Shown here: piece after piece, positions 50,523 through 63,029 of the stretch | How the letters are laid out: each line of letters begins with the position of its first letter | How positions within the stretch are numbered: position 1 is the first letter of the stretch | Assembly (NCBI RefSeq): GCF_052425735.1 | Contig: NC_135761.1 | Span: 5,022,001 to 5,086,000, forward strand | Direction of reading: 5' to 3' | Origin: Oculina patagonica | Lineage: Eukaryota | DNA length: 64,000 bases | Translations under genes and position numbers: made by a program | Notes under the pieces: generated by a model | The model's database searches: none | Seen by the model: the letters and a program-made list of their open reading frames with translations, nothing else | Told to the model about the DNA's origin: nothing

Positions 50523-51641
50523 GTTAGTTTCGTTGTTTGACATGTGAGTTTCTACTATGAATCAAAAATTCGTTGATTGTCAAAGTTTGGACGAGCAAAC
50601 TTAACTACGTATCAGAAACTATTTGTCCTTGCGATGAAATTCTGAAGTTGTTTTAATGTCTGTTTTCTTCGATGCTCGTTTTCAATTACGTAACGTTTGA
50701 TCATGGTCGAGACCAAAGACATTACCCTTTTCGTTGCAGTTTGTTGATAGTTTTCTTCGATTTAATGTCGCGTCGTGCAGGTTAGCATACATTAACGGTA
50801 TCTACAAGTGTCTGTTGTTTGTACTGGGAAAATAAAGACAGTCGTGATTTTTGGTTCAGCGGACTAGAAAGAGATCGGTCTGATCTTTCGCAATTTGGTC
50901 AGGTTCTCCGTAAACGTGGTTTCATTTTCTATCGGAAAGTTCGATTGTACCTTTAGTTGTAGAAGTAAACATGTTCACACGATTTAGTTTCGATCTACAA
51001 GCTTGCAGAACTAAAATTGTTCTTTCCGAAAAATTACAAATTGCTTGTTTAGTTCTGCTTTCTTAATTCTGTTGAATGGATAAGAGAAGTGAAGAATTCG
51101 GCAAAACAATGTCATGGATGAGCTTTAACTTATTTTGTCAAGTATTTTCAGCTAAATTTTCCAACCTAAAAATATAAACAATATAATGATCATCAATTTA
51201 TAGCTTTTCAAAATTTCTTCTCAGATAGCCTAGCTATTCATATGCACAGACTCATGAATTTGTCTATAAAAGGGATTGCAACTACACGACGAAAATAGTC
51301 AGAATTATGCAATGTATATGGATCCGTCATCGAAATGCATCACGCATGAATTCATGACGATGCATTCTAACACCTTTATTAGGCGTGACAAAATGAACTC
51401 AAATGCTGATGACAGAGCAAATCACGGCTATTAAAAACATTGCTCAATGTCTTTTGCACTGAAGAGGAAATTTTAAAACCTATTTTTATCGAAAAAATCA
51501 AATGTCAGCGAACCGAAACACATATACCTTGTCCGAGTAAGACTAATAGGTTTTTATTTAATTGAAAATGGGGTAAGTATTTGCCCAGCAACAAGTCCGG
51601 CGATATTGGCTGAGTTTGGTCAGTTTTGACGTCAATAACAG

Positions 51642-52047
51642 CCCGGCGTATCCAATCGAACCTTTGGAAATCGAACCCAATCGAACACCAATCGTTCGAT
51701 TGGGTTCGGTAATCCAACATAATCGAACTCACAATAAAATTTGTCAATCGAACAAAATCGAACGTTCGATTACCGAACAGTCGACAATCGTACTCAATCG
51801 AACATTTGATTACCGAACTCCTGTTTGTTTATACGCTGTTGCGAACATTTCGTATGGTGCACCGTCCCCCTGATTAGTCCTGCGTGGTTTATTTATCAAG
51901 AGACGGATTCCGAACAAAATCGAATCGGACTGAGTTCGATTGTGTTCGATTGGTTCGAAAATCGAACTCACAGCAAAATAGATGTTCGATTTTGTTCGAT
52001 TACCGAACTGGATTCGATTGCTTTTTGGTTCGATTGGATACGCCAGG
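51642..52047. mobile_element. MITE with AATCGAAC repeats and 6-bp TSD TAACAG
   Basis: TIR GGCGTATCCAATCGAACC; empty site at 54957-54962. Confidence 0.85.
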
Positions 52048-52256
52048 TAACAGAGATGAATCAAAGAAAATTCCTAAAAAATACTTTCTATTTCGATCGA
52101 ATCTTTTAGACACCAACCCTACACATGGTTATATAATGACCCGTTTCCGTCCCTCAATGGCTGCGGTTTTCAAGGCAAGGACAATGTAGGGACACGGGGT
52201 TTGCTGAGTGAATAAAGTTGTCATGGAGTTTCGAAGTCCTCGCGCTAGTTCTAGTA

Positions 52257-52400
52257 TAGCGTATTCCAGGCTCTCAGTAGTTGGGGGAGCGAAAAACCGC
52301 TGGCGAGCGAGAAAACTTCTCTCCCCCACCCCTCGTTTTTTTTCCTCGCTCGCTCGCGTTTTTCGCTATCCCCCAACTACTGAGAGCCTGGAACAGGCTA
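52257..52400. mobile_element. Short palindromic MITE
   Basis: TTCCAGGCTCTCAGTAGTTGGGG / CCCCAACTACTGAGAGCCTGGAA; flanking GTTCTAGT repeated; empty site near 55203. Confidence 0.8.
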
Positions 52401-53633
52401 GTTCTAGTCGAAAGACGACTAGAGTTTAAGAGAGATCAAACTCTTGTTTTCCTTTGGCCGCCTCTCTCGTGGGCTGTCACGTGCCCTCCTCACATCTCGT
52501 GACTTCTATCTACTTGTACTCAAGTTTCATGAAAGTCGGCAAGAGTTTTCAGACATGTTAGTTGAGAGTCGGAAAAGAGATTCAGGAAACTTTATACGGC
52601 CTCTCGAGATGATGTGTTTTTGTGTGACTTTCACGGCAGCCAACTATCGCGTTCTCAAAATTTCCGTTAAACTCACCACCGATTTATTCTCAAACTAATT
52701 TTTTGGATTTGATTGCTAATTTTTCTAAATTTTTATCAAATAAAGTAAACCAATCACACAAGGGGTTAAATTAATTTGTCAATAACGGTTCAGTTTCTTC
52801 AGGGTTTATTATTTATAATACTATTGTTCTCTTATTTTTGCCACCGTATCAAAATAAGGGTATAGCAGAGTTTTTTTAGTTTTTGATCTTCGATTTTTTT
52901 TGAAAATATTACTGCTATTGTCTTTGACAGCGATCTATTGGGGTAAGAGTTATGTGGAAAGAAATGGTTATAAGTAAGTTTGTAGTGAAATAAATAATTT
53001 TAAGTGTATGTAGAAGTTAGTTAAAGTGATAAAAATCGAAAGTAACTATTACATGCCAGCATTCAAAAAAAATATATCATTTAAGATACAGCGCCTATAC
53101 ATGAACCTAGCAAAAAGAAAGAAAAGCACTGTTCAAAAACCGACTTATTGTACGAGAACCAAAAAGGATCGAGGGGTGAGGAGGAAATACCGAACGTTAG
53201 GAAAGAATTTAGTTATCTATTGAGAAAAAATTTTAGTTTATCGAGTGCGCATAAAATCGAGGGTGGAGAGATGTACTAATAAAGAGAGTCATTAGATAGT
53301 TTTTCGTTGTTTTACCCAAAACTCTCAAATATAAAAATCAAATAAAAAGTGATAAAACCGAAAAAGAAAACATGACTTTATAAGAAATATGAGAAGTAAA
53401 TTTATATAATATAAAATAGTGAAACCAGGAAACGCGAAATTAAGTTATGAATTTTCTGACAATTTGCTCTTTTCAAGCTGAATGAGCCAAAGTAATCGAT
53501 ATTAAGTCGAAACATCTTCGTATCTCCTCGGCAACGGCAACTCGAAAAGTTCGGAAAAGTTCGGAAAACGTAAATTTGACAACTGATTGGAAAAGGTGAA
53601 TTGGAAAATCGTCAAAATGGATAAGAGAAGTGA

Positions 53634-54422
53634 GGCCCGTTCCAAACGCCACTCCGCTCATGTGCCGAACCTAACTCAGTAAGGTTCGACCTTGGAGCGA
53701 CTTTGGAACGACAGCTGATTCAAACGGCGTATTTGTGTCGAACTTAATTCGCGGAAACAAGCCGTTAACAATAATAATGTTGACTGAACGTCTGCGTTGA
53801 GGATGATATAGATAAAAAGTTTTTGCAGTCGAAATCAGCAAACTATTACGCAAGTTTTGCTATAATAATAATAATATTTCCGGAAAAGCAAATTCATTCC
53901 GCGAGATTTATATTATTTAAACTGGTTTTCTCTCGAGAATTAGTTTGTAAATGCTAATCTACAAATTTGATCTCACAAAGTGGGGAAACAGCAAAAAGGA
54001 ATTACCACCAAAACAATTTTCCCACGAAGGTCCGCTTCTCTTGAGCTGAAACATATTAAAAAAGATAAACAAAATGCGAGCCCGGTGAGCGAAGTAATTT
54101 TCCCGGAATTTTGTGCCGTCGTGCTTCATGCATGACTGGTCAGACCTAGTCACGCCACTCCACTTTAGACCAATCATGAGCGCTGTTATATCGAAAATAC
54201 ATTACAGTAATTCATGCATTAGGTTCGGCACATGAGAAGAACGCCGTGTGAATCAGCCGCCGCTCCAATGTCGCATAGTGCGGCAGACCCTGCCGAACTT
54301 AACGTTGTTTGCCGAACCTAATTAAAAGTGCCGGACCAAACTGATTCAAACGCCGCTCTTCTGCCGTACTTTATTCACCAGTTAGGTTCGGCACATGAGT
54401 GGAGCGGCGTTTGGAACGGGCC
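53634..54422. mobile_element. PIF/Harbinger-like non-autonomous element
   Basis: About 40-bp TIR GGCCCGTTCCAAACGCC...CTCATGTGCCGAACCTAA; 3-bp TSD TGA; empty site near 51090. Confidence 0.85.
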
Positions 54423-55949
54423 TGAAGAATTCGGCAAAACAATGTCATGGATGAGCTTTCCAACCTAAAAATATAAACAATATGATGATCATCAGTAAAT
54501 AATAAAGATCAATTTATAGCTTTTCAAAATTTCTTCTCGGATAGCCTAGCTATTCATATGCACAGGCTCGTGAATTTGTCTATAAAAGGGATTACAACCA
54601 GACGACGAAAATAGTCAGAATTATGCAATGTATATGGCTGGATCAGTCATCGAAATGCATCACGCACGAATTCATGACGAAGCATTTTAACACCTTATTT
54701 AGGCGTGACAAAATGAACTCATATGCTGATGACAGAGCAAATCACGGCTATTAAAAACATTGCTCAATGTCTTTTGCGCTGAAGAGGAAATTGAACCTAT
54801 TTTTATCGCAAAAATCAAATGTCTACGAACCGAAACACATATAATCTACATATACCTTGTCCTAGTAAGACAAAAAAGGTTTTCATTTAATCGAAAAGTA
54901 TTTGCCCTGCAACAAATCAGGCGATATTGGCTGAGTTTGGTCAGTTTTGACGTCAATAACAGTGATGAATCATAGAAAATTCCTAAAATATACTTTCTAT
55001 TTCGATCGAATCTTTTAAAACACCAACCCTACACGTGGTCATTAAATGACCCGTTTCCGTCCCTCTCTGGCTGCGGTTTTTATGTAGGGGCACGTGGTTT
55101 GCTGGCAATAAATAAAGCTGACATGGAGTTTACCCTTTCTCCCTTCCCCTTTTATAGAAAAGCCTGATACTCAGGCTAGGAGTTTTCAAGCCCTCGCGCG
55201 TAGTTCTAGTCGAAAGACGACTGGAGTTTAAGACAGATCAAACTCTTGTTTTCGTTTGGCGATGGCATGGCTGCCACTCTCGTGCCCTCCTCGCAGTCTC
55301 GTGACTTCCACCTACTTGCACTCAAGTTTCATGAAAGTCGGCTGTTTGAAACTTGCAAAAGAGTTTTAGGGCTTACGACACGCTCGAGATGATGCCGTTT
55401 TTGAGTGTGACTTTCACGGGGGCCAGCATTCACGTTCATAAAATTCCCATCTCCTTTTGGTCAGCTGGTAACAGTCGATACAGCGGTGAGCCGTGAAAAT
55501 GTAACTCATGTCCATTCCTCATTCCTCAGCTCACGCCAAATATCATTGTCGTTTAACCAAACCTAAAAAGCGGAAACTTTTCGACTACTTCAACGACGAT
55601 TTACCAAAACTCACTTTAATTCTCCAACGACTGGTAGCTATTGGTAACTAAAGCTTGTCTCTTATCACTTATCAGTTCAAGTGTTAAGTCTTACACAACA
55701 CCATAATTACTTCAGATGAATTTCTTTTGCGTTTTAATAACGCAAAGAAAATCAGAAGTGTTACAAAAGAGGGTTTGTTACTGTTTAAATAAGGAAAGCA
55801 TATTTCCTAAACCAGCAAGGACTATTGAAGATATCATTGTAATTTATTTTATCTCTTGTTTTGATACACCGATCACATCCTTTAAAAAATTAATTAATCG
55901 TGGGGAAGTCTGAAATTCCAAACACAAACTCACTATGCATGATGCAGCG

Positions 55950-56125
55950 CAAGACAATCTACTATCACAGAGCCTCTTTTCACTCAGGGGTATAAATGGG
56001 TACCGGCGAACCGTTAGAATAACCTGACAGAATACCGGAGGGTTACCTGCGATAGGAGGGTGTGACAATATTTCCATTCGCACCATGCTACAGAAATTTT
56101 AATAGGTTGAACTCCGGCGGTTGTG
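55950..56125 (+). mobile_element. Decayed SINE fragment
   Basis: GTATAAATGGGTACCGGCGAA core resembling conserved metazoan SINE central domains. Confidence 0.4.
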
Positions 56126-57118
56126 GGTCGGTAATGTCGTGAAGAATTAAGCATACCGAAATTCAGTTACCTAAATATATAACGCACAACCAATTTATTT
56201 TCAAACTAGCTAGTTTGCTTCGGACTGGATGTGCTAAATTCATCTCAAATCATTGGAATAAACCAATTACACGAGGTCCTTAATCTTTTGTAATTTGCCA
56301 ATAACGGTTTCGAATTGTGTTCTGTCATGGTTAAATTATTTATAATACCCGTTGTTACTCCTTATTTTTGCCACCGATATTTTCAAAACAAATTTATCAG
56401 CGTGAATTAAGCAAGAGTTTTTTTAGCGAATTTTTATTAGATCCTTCGATATTTTTTCGAAAATATTTTTTGACTGCCAATGGATAAGTTGGATTTCTTT
56501 TCTTGTTATAATTGAAAACGGCGATTTTTTCTCAGTACGTTCGCGAACGCAAGTTCTACGTACGTAGTTTATGAGAACAAAGGAAATCTTCGCTTGTTGC
56601 CAGGTACAGTTTAAAAGTATTTCAAGTTTGTTGAGCAAAAAAAAACTTTTTTAAGTGACTACTATGTTAGAAGTATAGCTTTTAAGAAAACGAGAAAATA
56701 CTGAATTATTCGCAAAGTATGCTCGAGTTAATTATGTTACATAAATATTTCGAAAAGAAAATACTGTATCAAAAATATTGCCCGGTTGGATATATGGATG
56801 CCTTGTTTATCAGATTTCTTGTATGACTGATCACCGTTATGTGTTGACGTGGTTTAACACGCTTTTTGACGCCTGTAATATTTCAGTATTTCTTTGCATT
56901 TTTTTCAGCATTGGCGAAATATCGTCAATAACTCAGACGTCCCACAAAAAGAAAATTAATATAGCACTGAAAAATTAATCGTTGCCATAATAAAGTGAAA
57001 ATGATCGCCCGGGACAAGAACTTAACTTGAATATATGTTTAGTTTATGTTAATCTTTGTTAATTGTTTGTACCTTACAGGTTGAAACCATTTCCGTTTCT
57101 GCAATTTTACCGAAAACG

Positions 57119-60100
57119 ATGGAGATCTTATCTCAACAAAGGATGACAATAATTCCAAGCAAACCCAGGGTATTCTCTTTGGAGGAAGTTTCATATCATA
57201 CCGACATATCGTCCTGTTGGATAGTGATTAAGGACAGAGTGTACGATTTGACCAACTTTTTGAACGAGGTAAATTGAGTTTCTCCACGCGAGCTTGATTT
57301 TTTGTTGCCAGTGCGTTAGATGTCTGATAACGTAATTTTAAAGGAAGTTTTGTCGAGGGTCCTAATCGAGTGGGCTTCATATGATCGAAGAAATTTACCA
57401 CCGAGGACGGCCAGAATTTTAGTAAAGCGTGAATAAGCTTCAAGCACTCATAGGCATTGCATAGAAAGAAGGCTGAATTACACGCTCGCCTGTTTATTCG
57501 TAGGAGTCCAAGACTCTCGAAGACAGTGCATTTTTGTAGAAATATTTCTTAAACGTTAAAAACTGTATTACCATAAGGTAGTTTGAGTGATTCAAATCCA
57601 GATTCTTTCCATGATATCAATACATAATGAAGGCTCAAGCATTTAGGTGAAGAAAATTTAGGAAACGATCGGCAAATGGAAATAATTATCTTGATATGAA
57701 ACCATTAATTCTCCTAAATAGTACTGTAAGAAATGTAGAAACCAGTAAGAATAATTGATATGATGCCATTGAGACTTAAATTAAAGGACTGAATTTAACT
57801 GGCATTGACTTCTACATTATTACATTTCGCGGAACGTTAATTTCTACCTTATTACATTTCGCGGAACGTTAATATGAATAATTTTATAAGTAAATTTTTG
57901 TTGTAAAGCGCATTAGATCATATATGCATGGATTTTTGCGCTATAGAAATAATAAAGTTATTATTATTATTATTTCGCGATTTTGAGGTCCGCATATTTC
58001 GCGACACTAAAATTTCGCGATTTAGCTAAAATTATGTATTTTGAATCACTTTAATTTCGCGTTCTTGAGTAAGACACAATTTACATTTCCTTGGCAATAT
58101 TATTTAACATGCCCTTAAATTAAACAAAACGAGTTCATTAAAGGAAAAGTAACGTCAAAATTAACAAAAAAGCAAGGGAGGGACTAAATCTCGCCAATAG
58201 CAACAAAAGAGCATTTCTCACAATGTCTACAAGTAGGTCATGCTTGTTCATGCATGAGTTCAGACTGTTCTTGGGTCAATTGACGACAACATATATTTAC
58301 AGTTGTTCTTTGAAAACTCCTTCCTTCAGTGGTACTTAACTTATTCTTTCTTGATTATTGACATAATGTGAGTCACTTAGTTTTCGCGTCTTGGAAACGC
58401 GAAAATCGCGAAATTAACGTGTCGCGAAAATTTCATGTAATAAGGTATTATGTTTGAGTTAAGGAGGTATCCTATTTGTGTTTCAGCATCCTGGAGGAAG
58501 CGAGATCATGTTGGAACACGCGGGTGAGTGAAGAGGCAGTCTTTAACAAGTGCCCCTGATTAGTAGACCACTTGTGGCCCCTACGTGTTGTTGTTGTTGT
58601 TGTTGCGGACGACGACGATGATGATGATGATCAACAAAATCACGCTAAAAATATGTTTAGAAAAGGCTGTATAAATGAAGCTTGTTTCAGCCACGTTCCG
58701 AAGCCTTTGTCAACTTCTCACAACAACGAACTTTATCCATGCAGCCTTACAAGTAAACCGTGGATTCATCCTCTTTATTATTCCCAATCACATTCCCCGG
58801 CATAAATTGCTATTTAACTTAATCCTTAGAAATAACTTTTAAACAAATGTATCCTTGCAGAGATTCCAAACCGAGTTTGAAATGAAACTGAAAGTTAAAA
58901 GAAAGTAGAAAGCTACACAGCTGACTCCGGGGGTTAAATTGTTACGAACTTCTGCTTTCGGTTTATCCATGTAGATTTATAGTTCTTCTGGGGAATAAAA
59001 TGATCGTCTTAACGTGCGCTTTTTCTGAATTCTCTTCAAGGCATGGATGCAACCACTGTGTTCCAAGACATCGGCCACTCGGTCGAAGCCCAGAGGATTC
59101 TCTCAAAATACTACATTGGGGAGCTGAGGGAGGTTAGCGTGCAGTTCTAGATAGAGCCTTAAAAAAATGTGTGTTAAAAAGTACAATATTATAGTAAATA
59201 ATAAAGATGGTAAATTGGCCCAGCTCACAACGGGTCTCTCGTAGCTCAGTTTGTTAGAGCGCCCAACCGGTATCTGGGAGGCCATGGGTTCGATTCCCGT
59301 CGGGGACTCAGATTTTTTCTTTGTCCCACGCTCGTGTCATGTAGAACATCTTATCTTTATTATTTATTACCAAGCTTAAAATTTACCATCTTTATTATTT
59401 ACTACAAAACTTGATGAATTCGACATTGCTGATCCTAGCAGTATGCAGGACGCGTGTCACATATCAACCTAGTAAAATGGCCCAGCTCAGAACGAGTCTC
59501 TCGTAGCTCAGTTGGTTAGAGCGCCCAACCGGTATCTGGGAGGCCATGGGTTCGATTCCCGTCGGGGACTCAGATTTTTTCTTTGTCCCATGCTCGTGTC
59601 ATGTGGAACATCTTATCTTTATTACAATATTATACTTTGGCGCATGCACATAAGGCAAAATTTGGGCTTTTTTGGCTGACCCGTTCCGGTTTTTTTTTTC
59701 TTGCTCCTTTTCCTTTCGTGTTTATCGGCGTTCTTATTCTAGCTCGCTACCTTTTACGTCTTACCGCCTTTCTACTGGCCTATAAAGTTTTGATCTGTTT
59801 TACCCTGGAAAGGAGACTGATGTATTGACCTGTTTTAGCAAAGACTGACCTTTTTTTCGATAAGCTCTGTCAAAATGCAGTCGATAATCAAAATAGACAG
59901 TTTTGTTACCAGTGATAACTATAAACGAAGGTGCTACCAAAAATTAATTGTGATATTAAGCGTCTCTGTCTTCATGTGTTTTACTGCGTATCTTTGTTTT
60001 CACTCCACAGTCGAAATAACCTTAGCACTTGCGCTGCATGTGTTTAATACGGTTTTTGTTCGCTTCTTTGCAGAAAGACAGAATCTACAACACCAAGCCC

Positions 60101-60835
60101 AAACTTTGAAGATCAAAGGTAATATTTTCACCAATTTTACAATTTTTATGAATTGACAACTATATAGTAAACACATGTAGTGATTGTTTGGCAAGACATC
60201 AAACTAATAACATCACACCTCATTTCTTACCTGAATTTCTGGTAGTCAAAGCTAACCTTCGAAACGTCAGTTAACTGGATACTTCTCCTACCTAATGTCA
60301 ATTTAACCACGCGTTAATTTGTTCAATCTGCAGGGCCTAGTCTAAATCATCACCGATGGGAAAGTAGATGGCACGCTAAACAAGCCGTTCGGGTCACTGT
60401 TGTGGCAATATTTACTTCCTTGGATACGAGCAAGAGAAGACGTTTTCTTCAATGCAAGTTGTGAACTTTCCCCGGGCCCGAGGACAGTGAACTGAACAGT
60501 GTGTAAACTAACTGATAATTTCAGATTTCTACAGTTACGCGAGTATTCTCGACGTTTAGCAAATTTCTTGCACTTCCTTTAGGAGGGCACTCTAGCCTCC
60601 TTATCACCTCAGCAGGGAGACGACACTCGGGTTTCTCCCATTGAATGCCCTTGTTAACGAGGCTCGATAGTCAAACTAATTAACAAAAGTCGACTAGCCA
60701 AGGACTTTAACCACAAATCTTCGTTTTTAAAAATAACGTTTTTATGTAACAGAACGAGATAACAAGACTTATATAAGTTTCGGACTTTTATCTTCTCTTT
60801 CATTCACTGTTTGAAACGTTTTGCAGGATGACTAA
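57119..60835 (+). CDS. Cytochrome b5 heme-binding domain protein, about 95 aa, no membrane anchor found
   Basis: Exons 57119-57268, 58487-58523, 59041-59132 and a probable last exon 60827-60835 (GAT GAC TAA, AATAAA downstream). Motifs CWIVIKDRVYDLTNFLNEHPGG, GMDATTVFQDIGHS, YYIGEL. The last exon is less certain. Confidence 0.85.
57845..58447. mobile_element. MITE with TTTCGCG repeats containing a nested LINE 3' end (about 57873-57973)
   Basis: TACCTTATTACAT / ATGTAATAAGGTA ends; nested TGTAAAGCGCA...TGCGCTAT stem, AATAAA and (TTA)n. Confidence 0.6.
58585..58632. repeat. Compound microsatellite (GTT)n-(GAC)n-(GAT)n
   Basis: Seen directly. Confidence 0.9.
59194..59622 (+). mobile_element. tRNA-like retroposon: about 1.55 tandem units of 262 bp plus a 5' inverted segment, 12-bp TSD
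   Basis: Two A/B box cloverleaf-like segments (about 59235-59308, 59497-59570). TSD TACAATATTATA at 59182-59193 and 59623-59634. 59194-59216 is the reverse complement of 59380-59402. Confidence 0.8.
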
Positions 60836-63029
60836 AGCGAAGCAGAAAGACAGCGCTCAATTACAAAGGGCAGTTTAAAATAAAAGAAAGGGAAAATAGG
60901 CCTGGGACATTTGGCCTGACTCGAAAGAATATCAAAAAAATATTCATTCAAAACCCGAAGCAAGATTTTCGTTTATGGTCCAAACCTAACGACTCCTCGT
61001 AGATTGTCAAAAGAAGTTAGAAAAAACTGCCCTCAGTGTTCAAGACTCCCATTTCACGTAGTCATGTCACTTAGTATAACGCCTAATAAAAGTGTACTTA
61101 CGTGAAGCTCTCTGGCGTAGCTTGTTTACCAAAATCGTACAAAACCGCTTCAAGGATTGTTTTGGAATAAATAATCTTGGATTTTTGTACAATGGGCAGT
61201 ATCGAGTTTGCGTAGCAAGTGGTTCTCATTTAAGGTTCCGCCGGCGGAAAAAAATCGCGCGCGCGAAAATCCCAGGCTACGTGTTAACTAGGCGTGGCAG
61301 ACTTTCGATATGCTAACGCAGTAATAAAACAAACAAACTTCGTCCAATGATAAACACTCCAGGTTAAATAAGCGGTCCCTTCACGTTTAAACGGTCGTTT
61401 TCTTTTTGTTGGGAACGTGCATGACGCTGTAGCCGAAAACAGACAATAACCTGTTAACCGCACATTATGCTCAGTCAGCTGTCGTCCCGTTTGTACTGTT
61501 GCAGGGCCACCTACAAAGGGCAAAGGGCATTCTTCAAAGCTATTTGTTTCCTTAAAACTGTTGCGTCGGGTCAACGGGCAAGGGAAACACTTGACTTATT
61601 ATCAACTTGAATTTGATAAAGGGTAATGAGCCTCCGTAGTGAATTTCGGAAAGCTGGCATTCCAAGCGGTAGCCCTTTGTCGCAAAAAATCTCGGACACA
61701 GAACTAATACTGAAAACGTCCGCTTTCAAGAATCGACATAAATTAAAGTAATTTGAATGACATTGAAGCTCTGGTAGTATTGCATTGCGAAGGCAACAAT
61801 TTGCAATAAATTGTGTTTGTTCTTACAAATTTTATTCGATATTGTTGTGCACGTTCATTTCAATACAGTGGTCCCTAAGTTTCATCTTTCCATTGTGATT
61901 ATTGATTATTTAAGTGTTAAACGAGCCATGCCTTAATATTTTAAGTTATTTTCCTGATGTACAGAATTTTTTCAAAATCGAAGGAAACTAAGGCTGTCCA
62001 AAAGTTGCTCGATATTTCTGAAAAAAGGCTTAAACGTTGCTTCAAAACATTCACTAAGTTGTTTTTATTTCAAAAAGTTGCTCTTGTCATTTGGTTTAAA
62101 GTAAAAAGATGAGAACTACCCCTAAAAATGCACGATTTGTAAGCGGTTTCAAGCGATTTTACTGCCAACTGGCTGTTATAAATAACTTTACCCTTAAATT
62201 TTTAAACACTTTTTCAAATGGTAGCCTTCTCTGGAAATAGCCTTGTTCCTACTGCTGCGCCTTCGAAGGATCTAAAGGACCTTCTTCTCGATTCTTCTCC
62301 TGAGTCATTCGAGTATCAATCACTATCAATCACTTTGCCCTCGTTGCCAATTTGAATTTTCTTTAAAAAAAAATCTGCATTGATTTCTCATAATGGTAGA
62401 AGTTGCTCAAATGACATAAGTTGCTAGAAGGGAGTTGTTTGCAACATAAAAAGTTGTCAAAAAGCTACCGAGAAGCTTATGATAGCCTTAAAGGAATCCT
62501 CAAAACAGTAGTTTTCTAAGGTTGAAAAAAAATACGTAGCAACAAATCAAAAATAAACAAGGCTAGCTACGGCTGAGAAACGCTGCCATCAATCACAGTT
62601 ACGCCTAAAGCTAACGAATCTTGAAAAACAAAAACAAACAAAATAGATCGATATCTACCGATCACAACCGACAGACGTTACCCGTTGAAGTGAACTTCTG
62701 TTTCCTGAGGGGTCTGTTTAGTTGATTGACAGCAGCGGAAAATGTAATCGTTAATTGAGCAGTAGCAGTTTCAGTTATTGAATAAGTTGGCCAGTGTTTT
62801 CAAGATGCACTGTCTGTGACGCAGCTCCTTTAAGTCGCAACCGTTATTAAGCGTTTCTGTAATTTCAAGTGTCTTCACAGTTTTCTACGAGCTAGGGGAG
62901 AGCTGAGAGGTGTCGTTAGAGAATCAGTGTCAACTTCGCAACCAGCTTACTCCACTTTTTCTTGTACTGGATTTTAACGAATTCTAGGCTTGCTCATTTC
63001 CTGATGTTGTCTTCTCACTTCGACTTCAA

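Larger units (their letters stand above)
51075..55445 (+). repeat. Diverged direct duplication (about 51075-52665 vs 53616-55445)
   Basis: Colinear non-coding homology, each copy interrupted by different insertions. Confidence 0.85.

Noticed and set aside
58572-58805. ORF with poly-Val/poly-Asp (and poly-Tyr ORF 29385-29630)
   Set aside because: Translations of intronic microsatellites.
59235-59570. Two tRNA-Thr(GGT)-like genes
   Set aside because: Mispaired acceptor and anticodon stems, C instead of U33, and location inside a TSD-flanked repeat. Treated as a tRNA-derived element.
60238-60325. Possible Penelope-type hammerhead ribozyme (GCTAACCTTCGAAACGTCAG); similar trace near 27130-27147 on the minus strand
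   Set aside because: The CUGANGA core is not intact. At most a decayed relic.
23723-60835. NFS1, SLC16 and cytochrome b5 forming a functional operon with the lipases
   Set aside because: Mixed orientations, unrelated pathways and no shared regulatory signal visible. Adjacency alone is not evidence in an animal genome.
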